From NCBI GenBank assembly GCA_038247415.1, contig JBBRUX010000001.1, forward strand, positions 64,001-128,000: 64,000 bases of DNA, read 5' to 3'. This document shows positions 1-9,874 of the stretch, in pieces. The notes below the pieces were generated by a model that saw only the letters and a program-made list of their open reading frames with translations, did not search any database and was not told the DNA's origin. A program made the position numbers and the translations under genes. The stretch comes from Chitinivibrionales bacterium (lineage in GTDB: Bacteria > Fibrobacterota > Chitinivibrionia > Chitinivibrionales > WJKA01). Every line of letters begins with the position of its first letter. The stretch's first letter is position 1.

Positions 1-1183
1 GAAAATGGCTTACTACAAAGTACGTATTGTGAAGATGAACGTTAGCTGAGAGCGCACCAAGCAGAAGACCTGTTAAACCACCGATAGTAAACAAAAAGAT
101 AAAAGAGAGTGCATATAAAAAAGGTGGTTCTACTTGAATAGAACCTTTATACATGGTTGCCAACCAATTAAACACCTTGATTGCACTGGGCACTGCTACA
201 AGAAATGTCAACAAGGAAAAGACAATTCCAGCAAGATCGCTCTGACCACTCACATACATGTGGTGCCCCCACACAAGAGATCCAACACTTGCGATAGCCA
301 TGCTCGAAAAAGCGATCATTTTGTATCCGTAAATATTCTTGCGAGAAAACACAGGAAAAATATCCGAAATAACGCCCATGGCAGGCAATATCATAATGTA
401 AACTGCTGGGTGCGAATAAATCCAAAAGAGATGCTGGTATAAAAGTGGATCTCCACCTTTTGAGGGATCAAATACCCCTATGCCAAACAATCGTTCCATA
501 ATTACCAAAAGCAAAGTAACTCCGATAACCGGAGTAGCAAGAATCTGAACCCATGCCGTAGAATAAAATCCCCACACAGATAAAGGCATTTTAAAAAAAG
601 TCATACCTGGAGCGCGTAACTGATGAACAGTCGTAACTATATTGATACCCGTTAGAATAGAAGACATACCGAGAATAAAAACTGCAAATACTGCTAAAGG
701 AACATTGACCGTTGACTTAAGGCTAAAAGGCACATAAAAAGTCCAACCAGTATCAACGGCCCCGCCGCCAAAAAAAACCGATACTAAGGCTAAAATTGCC
801 CCAATTGTATAGAGCCACCAGGTAAAGAGATTAAGCCGAGGAAATGACATATCTTTTGCGCCAATAAGAAGCGGGAGAAAAAAATTGCCAAATATTGCCG
901 GGACCGCTGGAATGACAACCAAGAAAATCTGGATTATTCCATGTAAAGTAAACATAGCATTATATTGCTGGCCTGTCATAATTTTATGCCCGGGGAGCAT
1001 ATTAATGCGCATCAGCACACCAAGCAAAACGCCTGCTAGAAAAAACGTCAAGATGCCATATAAATAGAGCATGGCAATACGTTTATGATCTGGAGAAAAA
1101 ATCCATCCAAAAATTCCAGGATATTTTCCTTTGCTAGCATAATAGGGAACATAAGGCTGTTCGGTAACCTCTGCAGTAGTCAT
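1..1183 (-). CDS. ctaD: Cytochrome c oxidase subunit I (A2-type heme-copper oxygen reductase), runs off the window start
   Basis: Not in ORF track (no stop in window). Manual translation from ATG 1183 gives MTTAEV...WIFSPDHKRIAMLY, GGDPLLYQHLFWIYSHPAVYIMILPAMG and VWGHHMYVSG. ATGA overlap with the SCO stop. Confidence 0.95.
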   Translation of the reverse strand, partial: MTTAEVTEQPYVPYYASKGKYPGIFGWIFSPDHKRIAMLYLYGILTFFLAGVLLGVLMRINMLPGHKIMTGQQYNAMFTLHGIIQIFLVVIPAVPAIFGNFFLPLLIGAKDMSFPRLNLFTWWLYTIGAILALVSVFFGGGAVDTGWTFYVPFSLKSTVNVPLAVFAVFILGMSSILTGINIVTTVHQLRAPGMTFFKMPLSVWGFYSTAWVQILATPVIGVTLLLVIMERLFGIGVFDPSKGGDPLLYQHLFWIYSHPAVYIMILPAMGVISDIFPVFSRKNIYGYKMIAFSSMAIASVGSLVWGHHMYVSGQSDLAGIVFSLLTFLVAVPSAIKVFNWLATMYKGSIQVEPPFLYALSFIFLFTIGGLTGLLLGALSANVHLHNTYFVVSHF

Positions 1184-2070
1184 GAAGGTGCTCCTCGTTT
1201 GCGACGGGATCGGGTAGAAAGGACAAGATACAGTACAAATGAACCAATCAAACTAAAAACAACAACAGCGCTCACGCGCAAAATTTTAAATACATACTGG
1301 CGGCTTTTAGGGTCGTAGCTAAAACAGAGCCGCAATACACGAGCAATGGTCGGCTGTACCGTTCCAGAAGTGGCTTCCATAAGAGACATTTTTATATCCA
1401 TGGGAAGATAGTCGGAGCCCATGATATATCGAACTACTTTACCTTTGGGAGATATAACTACAAGTGCCATAGGATGCACAATCTCGCCTTGCTTTCTTGC
1501 AAATCGGTACCCTATAGCATTAGAGATGCTCCTAATTTGTTCCGTTGATCCACATAAAAAAGTCCAGCGATCCTTAGGATAGGGAACTTGAAGTACAGCA
1601 AAAGCCATTTCTTTTGCCGTGCGGGCATCGGCAGGCCGATCGTTTTCGTCAACCGAAATCGTAATTACATTGGGTGCAAGCGAGGAATCTTTCGCAAAAG
1701 AGCGTAAAGCATTTGCAAGGCCCATGGTAAGCATCGCACAAGCATCGGTACAATGATAATAAACCATGCACACTACTGTTGGCCCTTGTACAACATCACG
1801 CAAAGTGACTATTTTTCCCTCATCTGTTGTAAAGGAGCAATCGAGCGGAATAAAAGCACCAAGCTTAGGATCAACCCCCACAACCCCAGTATCGGGGAGC
1901 TGGGAAACCACTGCGGTCTTGGTAAGAAGCGATGAATCACCACTGCGATGTTCAACTCCGCCATGAGCCCATAAGCACGCACAAACAGAGAGCATAACAA
2001 GAGCACCTGCCGACTTGCGCTGAGGCATCTTGAGCGCCACCTGGTTTGATTTTTGTGAATTTTTCATCAT
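1180..2070 (-). CDS. SCO1/SenC family copper chaperone
   Basis: CxxxC (CTDAC) in a thioredoxin-like fold, downstream His (IVHP), C-terminal TM helix; directly upstream of coxI. Confidence 0.88.
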   Translation of the reverse strand: MMKNSQKSNQVALKMPQRKSAGALVMLSVCACLWAHGGVEHRSGDSSLLTKTAVVSQLPDTGVVGVDPKLGAFIPLDCSFTTDEGKIVTLRDVVQGPTVVCMVYYHCTDACAMLTMGLANALRSFAKDSSLAPNVITISVDENDRPADARTAKEMAFAVLQVPYPKDRWTFLCGSTEQIRSISNAIGYRFARKQGEIVHPMALVVISPKGKVVRYIMGSDYLPMDIKMSLMEATSGTVQPTIARVLRLCFSYDPKSRQYVFKILRVSAVVVFSLIGSFVLYLVLSTRSRRKRGAPS

Positions 2071-2630
2071 TTTTGTGCAGGGACCACTGCAATTTTCGTG
2101 GTATCACGGGATATAAGGGTATCCTTAATTGTTTTTTTGGCATCGGTGAGAGCTGGTTTTTGCCCAGCAGAAACAGCCGATTTAGGTTTGGGCATTTCTA
2201 ATCCTCTACCATATATTATAGCCGCGCCAAAATAGCCCAGTCCAAGCATAGCTCCAAAAGCTATTACATATAATATGACCATAGACATGCTATGAAGTTT
2301 GATCTCGCTCCCTAAAATAATGCCTGCACCTAATACGATTAAGGCAACCGAAGCAAGCGCAATCTTGATTTTAATAGGAGTAAAGAGAGCTGCATGATAA
2401 AAATGAATCCAATCCATCACTCCAAAAAGAATAGTAGGTAATGCAAAAACGAGCGCTAAAATAGACGCATGGCGTGCAGTGAGAACAAGACTTTTTTTCT
2501 TAAAAACAATCGCCACAATAAAAAATATGAGGGCTCCAACGGTAAGACCAATCGGCATATGCGTGATAGGCGGATGTAACGGCTCATTAAACCCGTGGGT
2601 TGACAAAAACAGATACAGCGCATCAAGCAT
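2067..2630 (-). CDS. DUF2231-like four-TM membrane protein
   Basis: N-terminal LHPPITHMPIG motif, 4 hydrophobic segments, ATGA overlap with SCO. Confidence 0.7.
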   Translation of the reverse strand: MLDALYLFLSTHGFNEPLHPPITHMPIGLTVGALIFFIVAIVFKKKSLVLTARHASILALVFALPTILFGVMDWIHFYHAALFTPIKIKIALASVALIVLGAGIILGSEIKLHSMSMVILYVIAFGAMLGLGYFGAAIIYGRGLEMPKPKSAVSAGQKPALTDAKKTIKDTLISRDTTKIAVVPAQK

Positions 2631-2757
2631 AGGGGCTCTCCTGGTATGAGACGTTAAAAAAGTAGTTTGTTACTCAATCTTAACCATTTTAGTGATAATT
2701 AAAATAGCGGTTCCAAGGCGTAATATCAAGAAAAGGAATATAAAAAGATTATGATGG

Positions 2758-3107
2758 AAAGGGCTCGGTGGCCCTTTATATCCAACGTGGAATATTATGA
2801 GATTAAACTGGAAAGGGCCAGGTGTCAAATAGAAGCATAAGCATATGGGCGCATCCGGCAAAATGCCGGTCGGCCTTCCTTTTGGGCTCTCACTTTGTGA
2901 GCCGGCCTGTCAATCCCTGCGGCACTATGTGCCTGGGTCTCTCCAAACTGGTGGAATCACTCCGTTTCTCCACCACCCGCAAGGACGAGCGTACCGGCTC
3001 GCGAAGCGACGATGCATCTGAGTACACCTCTACGGGTGTTCCGCGGCGGCTCCCGACAGGGTGGAGCATGAAGGAGGCACGACGGCGCTCTGCACGCCGG
3101 CGTGCCC
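2758..3107. repeat. Composite structured intergenic repeat (copy A), homologous to 58207..58494
   Basis: 2758..2792 matches 58207..58241 directly; 2847..2967 matches 58372..58494 inverted; 3071..3107 matches 58458..58494 directly. Confidence 0.85.
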
Positions 3108-3134
3108 AAAATCCTCTGATTTTTATTATCTTTA

Positions 3135-5195
3135 TTATGGCCTCGGCCCCACCTCACTCATATCAAAATCCCTAAACCCCAATGCAAAGGCAGGCGACTG
3201 TGCGTTTAATCTAAAATCTCCTTTATCAGAATTTACAAATTGAGGATCTACAATTCTACTACCCTCATCAAATCCTCGTTTTTTCCAAGCTGCAAATGAA
3301 CCTTTTTCAAAAACCGGTCTCTTTTTTCTTCCAAAATAGCAATTATTTTTGAATGCTATAGTTTGTGGTCTGCAATTACCTTCCATAAATGAACCTTCGT
3401 GTCCGCCAACAACATCACCTTCTTCGAAGTAGAAAATATTTTTCTCGAAGATTGCCGTCAAGTGGTTTTCGCCACGAGTTTGCATAACCTGATACCCTTT
3501 TCCAAATGCAAAGATATTATTGCGAACCATGGTATTCCTACCAAAAGTCTGGTTAAACGGCGATGACGAAGTCCTGTAGACAATATTATTCTCTATGAGC
3601 ATATCGGTAGTACCTTCGTCGGGGTATATTCCCCATCCGCCATAACCTGCCGAATCGACATCGTAAATCCTATTATACCTGATGCGTGTGCCCGTCGACA
3701 CACCAAGCGTATAGATTGCTCCCATATCGGCAAGCTTGTGCATACCCACATCATGAATATGGTTATATTCAATAATATTTCCGCATGAACGTCTTTCGTC
3801 AAGATACCCCCAACACCAGCCCACCGAAATTGCCGAATAGCAAACATGGTGGATATGGTTATGAATGAATTTATTGGCGTCGCACTGTGCCCCTGCGATA
3901 ATGCCAATCCCTGAGGGGAATATTTCACCAAGATAGGAGATCTCGCAATCGGAAACAGTATTTCTATGGCACTGGTGCCAGATTTTAACGCCACCTGCAC
4001 CCATGTGCGTAAATTCGCAGTGATGCACCACAATGTCGTGCGCACCGCTTCTCATGTCAATTCCATAATTGGCACTATGGGAAAATGAACAGTGTGAGAA
4101 CGTGCAATCGGAAGCTCCATGAATCATGATCATACCATCTGTTTCGGGCATTCCCTGACCGCGTTCTTTACCTGTCATGTCAGCAGGCAGCCGCCATTCA
4201 TTATGGGCGAATGAAATTCCTTCAAAATCAATTGCTCCAACGGGATCCTGAGGCTTTTGTGGGTCGCCAATTTCAACAAGTACGGGTAACCGGGGGGCAA
4301 TAATATGGGAATTCTTGAGAGTTTCATGTGCACACGGCAAATAATACAGATTTCCTGCAGGTCGATCCAGATACCACTGCCCAGGTTCAGAAAGTGCTTC
4401 CCATGCATTATCTATATAATAGCGGAATGGTTTACACAGCGGGCCGTCAAAGAAATGATACTGCGCTCTTCGGGCAATATCAATACGTTTTTTCTTTGTG
4501 TCGTGCGCGGTAAGTGCAATATGATCATCGACCCAATTATAAACCGGTACGAGCTCCACATCGGTCAGATTCTTGAAGTCGGGGAATTCATCATGTTCAT
4601 AATAAAAGCGATTCTGACCAACATTCCAGGCTTTGCTCATTTCTGATTCATCGATTTTCCAAAATGTAAATGCGTCGGTAGCCGGGATACGGGGGCGGCT
4701 TCTTCGAGATCCATTCACATACAACTGAGAAAAGTTCCAATTCCCTTTTTTTACATCGGGCAATTGCGCACACCAGGCCCGCTTTCCCTTATGTTCGATT
4801 TCCCGAAAGCCACTTATTAGGACACCTCCGCTTATGACAGGCGTTGTTCCCGGAAGCGCCTTGAATGAAACCGGCTTGCGGCTCTTTAGGTGCTTGTACG
4901 CCTGCATTTTAGCCTGTTGTCCACTATTTTTACTTTTGAATTGTATGGTTTTATCAAGAAAATGCAGCCCATCATCAAGAATTATTTCAATAGGTTTTGT
5001 GATGCCGTGTGTTGATGCGCACGAATTAACCTCTTGCAGTGCTCGCTTGATAGTTGCAAATGGCCCTTTGCGAGATCCTTTGATTTGTTTTGATGAATCG
5101 CCCGTTGCAGAATCGTTGCCCTTTTGGGAAACGTAGACACAAAGTGGTGTTGCAACGGATGATCCTGTAGCAGCTTTTTTTGGGGCAAGAGCCAT
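3135..5195 (-). CDS. Right-handed parallel beta-helix protein (GH141-like putative glycoside hydrolase)
   Basis: YVSQKGND and GPFATI N-terminus, EALSEPGQWY, DMGAIYTLG, GWGIYPDEG, repeated N-x-I-H-D turns, VDPQFVN..GDFRL C-terminus. Confidence 0.75.
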   Translation of the reverse strand: MALAPKKAATGSSVATPLCVYVSQKGNDSATGDSSKQIKGSRKGPFATIKRALQEVNSCASTHGITKPIEIILDDGLHFLDKTIQFKSKNSGQQAKMQAYKHLKSRKPVSFKALPGTTPVISGGVLISGFREIEHKGKRAWCAQLPDVKKGNWNFSQLYVNGSRRSRPRIPATDAFTFWKIDESEMSKAWNVGQNRFYYEHDEFPDFKNLTDVELVPVYNWVDDHIALTAHDTKKKRIDIARRAQYHFFDGPLCKPFRYYIDNAWEALSEPGQWYLDRPAGNLYYLPCAHETLKNSHIIAPRLPVLVEIGDPQKPQDPVGAIDFEGISFAHNEWRLPADMTGKERGQGMPETDGMIMIHGASDCTFSHCSFSHSANYGIDMRSGAHDIVVHHCEFTHMGAGGVKIWHQCHRNTVSDCEISYLGEIFPSGIGIIAGAQCDANKFIHNHIHHVCYSAISVGWCWGYLDERRSCGNIIEYNHIHDVGMHKLADMGAIYTLGVSTGTRIRYNRIYDVDSAGYGGWGIYPDEGTTDMLIENNIVYRTSSSPFNQTFGRNTMVRNNIFAFGKGYQVMQTRGENHLTAIFEKNIFYFEEGDVVGGHEGSFMEGNCRPQTIAFKNNCYFGRKKRPVFEKGSFAAWKKRGFDEGSRIVDPQFVNSDKGDFRLNAQSPAFALGFRDFDMSEVGPRP

Positions 5196-5357
5196 GAGAA
5201 CTCCAGGTTATATAGTTCGGATTTGGTTCGGTTATTTCCACCATAGCATTCTAAATGCACGGTTAAAAATATCCTATCTATTTTTTTAATGCAAGAAAAA
5301 CGTTATAGCTTAATTTTGTAGCGCCAGATCTGTTTTATGCAGATTATGGAAGGAAGG

Positions 5358-5386
5358 AAAAGCCCCTCATTGAATGAGGGGCTTTT
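5358..5386 (-). terminator. Intrinsic terminator
   Basis: aaaagcccctcat-tga-atgaggggctttt hairpin just after the stop of 5405..6163. Confidence 0.8.
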
Positions 5387-5404
5387 ATCGGGGTTCTTAA
5401 GATT

Positions 5405-6163
5405 TTATAGCCCGAACAAACTTTCAGGTGTTAATTTAAGAAAGGGTACATTGCTAATAGATTTAAATGTGCCAGTAGAATTTGCACCTATAAATGCTAA
5501 AAACCAGTCTGGACTGTCTACGCCTGATTCGGGACAACTAGTTGGGTCACTTAAAATATCACATATAGCGGCTGCATTCGCAGGACTGCTACTTGACCAC
5601 CTCAGCGCCCCCGTTGAAGTTATTGTCAATGTGACCACTTCTTTGGTTGTAACTCCGGAAAATGTCATCCGATCGGGCATCGAGGTGTCTATTACAACCC
5701 CTGGACTTGCAAGATCCATAAATTCATATTTAGCTACTGCTAAAACCATTAAAGGTTTCACATAATAATCTATCGTAGCTGTTGAAATTATCATTTTTCC
5801 AGTATCGCCAGATTCTTGTACCATCCACGTCCCCTGTAGACCAGCCCCATTACCAATTCGCACATATGCCGTAGTATCATATGGATTTGTAGAAGTATCA
5901 ATATCGAAGAGCGAATCATTCTTTATTGTGAATATCGATTTTGTGGTATCGGTATACGACACCAGAATACTATCAGTGCATTTCTGCCTCGATTGCAATA
6001 CGGTTAATTGGTTGGTTCCAGTAACAGAATACGTAAGCGCCATGAGCTTAAAATAGCCTGGTTGAGTTTGGCTATTCCCTCCTGTACCAGTAGTTTTATC
6101 AAAACATTGCGATAACAATACTGCACCACATGCTACAACTGGCAAAAAATGTTTAAGAGACAT
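5405..6163 (-). CDS. Hypothetical exported protein, probable lipoprotein
   Basis: 252-aa ORF, GGAGG RBS, signal-like N-terminus ending LLSQC, Thr/Gly-rich linker. Confidence 0.7.
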   Translation of the reverse strand: MSLKHFLPVVACGAVLLSQCFDKTTGTGGNSQTQPGYFKLMALTYSVTGTNQLTVLQSRQKCTDSILVSYTDTTKSIFTIKNDSLFDIDTSTNPYDTTAYVRIGNGAGLQGTWMVQESGDTGKMIISTATIDYYVKPLMVLAVAKYEFMDLASPGVVIDTSMPDRMTFSGVTTKEVVTLTITSTGALRWSSSSPANAAAICDILSDPTSCPESGVDSPDWFLAFIGANSTGTFKSISNVPFLKLTPESLFGL

Positions 6164-6553
6164 GCATCATCCTCCGCTACGTTAAAATTTGGAAAATAAT
6201 TTAATCTACATTATACTGTTCCCCACGTGCAAATTTGCAGAGCGCAAAATGAGCCTTCGGAAAAAATTGTCAATCTTATCCATTAGAAATGTACCTCGTT
6301 TTGCAGGAAAATCATCTAAAATTCCATATTCAATCATTCTCCCCAAACTCTTTTTAGAAGAGTCGCTTAAAGATCAGTTAAGCCCCTTGTTGAAATTCTT
6401 GTTCAACAGAATATCGATTACTTACGCGCTTAAACCGGTCACCAGTAGCTTAAAATCAACAATTGTCCTACATAGTTAAAATTTAGTGCTATACTATAAT
6501 AATGCAATCATAAAGTTTTGGATCCTACTTAAACGTGTAATCAGGAGTTTTTC

Positions 6554-8599
6554 ATGGTTCTAAAAAATGCAATAAGGGCTCTTATTCTAATGATTAGTAT
6601 ATCCGGTACTATACATTCTCAAGATTTAGTAAATTCATTTACACTGCCCTCAGATGCTGGAACACTTATTCCATCAAATATTTATCCCAACAGCAAAACC
6701 CAAACTTCCACCGCAGGTATTCAGGCCGCTATAGTCGCTTCATGTGACCGTTGGAGAACCATATATTTGCCCGCTGGGACATACCTTGTCGATGACTCAT
6801 TAGGCGGATCGGGTGTGGGCAAATATTTTCGATTTATGACCATTATGGGAGCCGGGCCCGGCAAAACCGTGATAAAGCTTAAAGACAATTCGGCCCGATT
6901 TCAGGACACCGTGCATCCCAAGCCGGTTTTTACCATGTTCTATTCCCACAATGCAACACATGATGTTTACTACCGCAACCTATCTATAAATACTGGTAAA
7001 GGCAATCCAGGAGCTATCGGATTACAATATACCTCCCATAATGGCGGCATAATTGATAACGTACTGATTAAGTCTGAAGATGGCAAAGGTATGATTGGGT
7101 TGGATCTTAGTTTTTCGCCGCCTGGACCTGCTCTGGTAACCAATACTACAGTAGACGGCTTTCATGTTGGTATCTGGAATGGGAATAGCACCAGCATGTA
7201 TTCGATGACCATGGCCAATATAACCGTCAAAAACCAAACCGTTGTTGGTATGAAAAATGATGGTTGCTCAAATGCAGTTTACAACTTTACATCCCAAAAT
7301 AAAGTGCGTGCGCTTTACAATAGTGGTGGCGTTATGGCCCTTATCAAGGCTAATTTTACGGGGGGTGATAACAGTGTAAATTCATCTGCTATTTCAACAG
7401 AATCACTCATGTACTTGCGCAATATCACCTGTTCTGGCTATGCAAACCTTCTTATTGACAACTACGACCAAGGGTTACGGGTTCCAGGCCCATTTTTGCG
7501 AGAACGGATGGGTGACACAGCAATCTGGACATTCAAGTCACCTCAAACAGCCCTGAACCTTCCCATTAAAGAACCGCCCATTATTCCGTGGAACAACGAT
7601 TTTTCTACGTGGGCAAATATAAAAAGCTATCCAAACATTCAAGCTGCATTTAATTCTGGAAAGTCAACAATTTATTTTCCTGGAGGTGCCCATGTTGGAT
7701 ATTCATCTTCAACACCCATACAAGTACCATCGACCGTGCGTCGTATCATAGGATTTATGGCAGGCTTCTCGGGGCAGCTTGTTTTTTCCCAGACCGATAC
7801 CACTAAAGCTGTTGTTGTTGACGAACTCTTTGGTGCACATCTGATACAAAACGGGAAAGCACCATTATACCTTATTGGATCAACTGGTACAACGGTAACA
7901 ACAGCCTCTGGCGCGGGGGATGTTTTCATAGACGATTATTGTTGTGCCATGCTTACTATCAATAAATCAAGTGTCTGGATTCGTCAACTTAACCTTGAGC
8001 CCGATGCAAGCCCTTTTATTCGTAATACAGGAGGCAAGCTCTGGGTACTAGGATACAAAACAGAAAAACCCTATACGGTTCTTGAGAATCTCGCAGGGGC
8101 ACAAACAGAAATCCTTGGAGGGCTTATTTATCCTGTTTCAGGAACAACCAAAGGCGTTCCTTCGTATATCAACAGCGAATCGGCACTCTTTCTCATGACA
8201 AATGTCTGGGGAACATATTCTCCCTTTATCAGGGAAACATGGAAATCGGTTACTAAAGAAATTTCACCCTCAACCGTTTCACGAACAGCCTTGTATGTCT
8301 GCAATCCGGATAGCATCAACTACGTGCGTCCAACAGCAACGACAAACAAGCTCTCATCGATACCACATAGTGATAATGCTATAGTAACTGGATCTCGGGG
8401 CCATTACAAACTCGACATAACCAGCGAAACACCCTATACAGCGTCTTTGTATTTACTTAACGGTAAAAAGATTTTTTCAGCATTCAAGACTGTAAGCAGC
8501 GCAATCCCGCTAGAAATGCTTAATACCGCAGCGAATGGATATATTGTCAAGATACTTTTTAAAAATTCAACACTGAATCGGACAATCTTTTGTCCCTGA
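6554..8599 (+). CDS. Secreted pectin-lyase-fold (Pectate_lyase_3/GH55-like) protein with C-terminal secretion-type domain
   Basis: Signal peptide; TAGIQAA..TIYLPAGTYLV repeated later as IQAAFNSGKSTIYFP; tail SLYLLNGKKI...NGYIVKI resembles a T9SS/Por CTD. Confidence 0.72.
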   Translation: MVLKNAIRALILMISISGTIHSQDLVNSFTLPSDAGTLIPSNIYPNSKTQTSTAGIQAAIVASCDRWRTIYLPAGTYLVDDSLGGSGVGKYFRFMTIMGAGPGKTVIKLKDNSARFQDTVHPKPVFTMFYSHNATHDVYYRNLSINTGKGNPGAIGLQYTSHNGGIIDNVLIKSEDGKGMIGLDLSFSPPGPALVTNTTVDGFHVGIWNGNSTSMYSMTMANITVKNQTVVGMKNDGCSNAVYNFTSQNKVRALYNSGGVMALIKANFTGGDNSVNSSAISTESLMYLRNITCSGYANLLIDNYDQGLRVPGPFLRERMGDTAIWTFKSPQTALNLPIKEPPIIPWNNDFSTWANIKSYPNIQAAFNSGKSTIYFPGGAHVGYSSSTPIQVPSTVRRIIGFMAGFSGQLVFSQTDTTKAVVVDELFGAHLIQNGKAPLYLIGSTGTTVTTASGAGDVFIDDYCCAMLTINKSSVWIRQLNLEPDASPFIRNTGGKLWVLGYKTEKPYTVLENLAGAQTEILGGLIYPVSGTTKGVPSYINSESALFLMTNVWGTYSPFIRETWKSVTKEISPSTVSRTALYVCNPDSINYVRPTATTNKLSSIPHSDNAIVTGSRGHYKLDITSETPYTASLYLLNGKKIFSAFKTVSSAIPLEMLNTAANGYIVKILFKNSTLNRTIFCP

Positions 8600-8658
8600 G
8601 GCCCAGGAATACTTCGATAAAATATCTTTGTTAACGAGAACAAGAATTGCACTAAAAT

Positions 8659-8700
8659 AAAAACGGCCTCAGCTGAAATAATCCAGCTGAGGCCGTTTTT
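8659..8700. terminator. Bidirectional intrinsic terminator
   Basis: aaaaacggcctcagctg...cagctgaggccgttttt between convergent CDS and tRNA. Confidence 0.85.
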
Positions 8701-8707
8701 GCTTATA

Positions 8708-8799
8708 TGGCGGAGAGGCAGGGATTTGAACCCTGGGAGCCGGTCGCCCAGCTCAACGGTTTTCGAGACCGCCCCGATCAACCACTCTGGCACCTCTCC
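8708..8799 (-). tRNA. tRNA-Ser(CGA)
   Basis: GGAGAGG acceptor stem, anticodon arm GCGGT-CTCGAAA-ACCGT, long variable arm, GGTTCAAATCC T-arm, encoded CCA. Confidence 0.97.
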
Positions 8800-8920
8800 G
8801 TTGAGTACATTTAGGCTTTAAAAAATACGTTGAGGCCATTACCTGGTCAATGTATCTCATAAATTTAACCGGCGCATGCTATTTTAAAGAGCACGAAACC
8901 TTTTTCTGAGGAATATTAGC

Positions 8921-9874
8921 ATGACTCATAGAATCCTCGTTACTGGCGGGGCTGGATTTCTGGGATCACACCTTTGTGAACGCCTTATTGCAGGTGGTCA
9001 TGAGGTGATCTGCTTAGACAACTATTTCACTGGCAGCAAAAAAAATCTCGAGCACCTCCTTGATCATCGCAGTTTCGAGCTGATTCGTCACGATGTTACT
9101 GAGCCCCTGTATGTTGAAGTAGATCAGATTTATAATCTTGCCTGTCCGGCATCTCCGGCACATTATCAGTATAACCCCGTTAAGACTGTTAAAACAAGCG
9201 TGATGGGGGCTATAAATGTTCTTGGTCTTGCAAAACGGGTAAAAGCTCGGGTGTTGCAAGCGTCAACATCTGAAATATACGGCGACCCGCATGTGCATCC
9301 TCAGACCGAAGAATATTTTGGAAATGTCAACACCATAGGAATTAGATCCTGCTACGACGAAGGCAAACGTGTTGCAGAAACGCTCTTTTTTGATTATCAT
9401 CGACAGAACAATGTTGACATCCGCGTTATGCGCATTTTTAATACCTATGGGCCCCGCATGATGCCCAATGACGGCCGGGTTGTCTCAAACTTCATTGTTG
9501 CAGCGCTTACCAAGAGCCCACTTATACTTTACGGAAACGGTGAACAGACTCGCTCATTCTGCTATGTTTCCGATCTTATCGATGGCATGATGTCCCTCAT
9601 GGAGCATCCCAGTGCCATTGGACCTTTTAATATCGGCAACCCGCAGGAATTTACCGTTGCTGACCTGGCAACAAAAATTATTGACTTATGTAAAAGCACT
9701 TCAAAAATTGAACATGGCCCCAAGCCTTCAGACGATCCTGGTCGCCGATGCCCCGACATTTCAAAAGCGGCATCGATCCTTGGATTTTGCCCAAAAGTTG
9801 ATCTATCAGAAGGCCTTCAAAAAACCATTGCCTATTTTCGCACAACCGTGCTTGATAAGAAAGTGATGCCATGA
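8921..9874 (+). CDS. uxs: UDP-glucuronate decarboxylase (UDP-xylose synthase) family SDR
   Basis: [47 protein letters not shown]. Confidence 0.92.
   Translation: MTHRILVTGGAGFLGSHLCERLIAGGHEVICLDNYFTGSKKNLEHLLDHRSFELIRHDVTEPLYVEVDQIYNLACPASPAHYQYNPVKTVKTSVMGAINVLGLAKRVKARVLQASTSEIYGDPHVHPQTEEYFGNVNTIGIRSCYDEGKRVAETLFFDYHRQNNVDIRVMRIFNTYGPRMMPNDGRVVSNFIVAALTKSPLILYGNGEQTRSFCYVSDLIDGMMSLMEHPSAIGPFNIGNPQEFTVADLATKIIDLCKSTSKIEHGPKPSDDPGRRCPDISKAASILGFCPKVDLSEGLQKTIAYFRTTVLDKKVMP

Noticed and set aside
2822..3175. ORFs 2822..3175 and 2957..3157 as proteins
   Set aside because: They overlie the GC-rich repeat, and the homologous copy at 58.3 kb has no corresponding ORF in the track.
5405..8799. 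tRNA-Ser-anchored genomic island
   Set aside because: No adjacent integrase and no duplicated tRNA 3' end seen; a normal terminator follows the tRNA.
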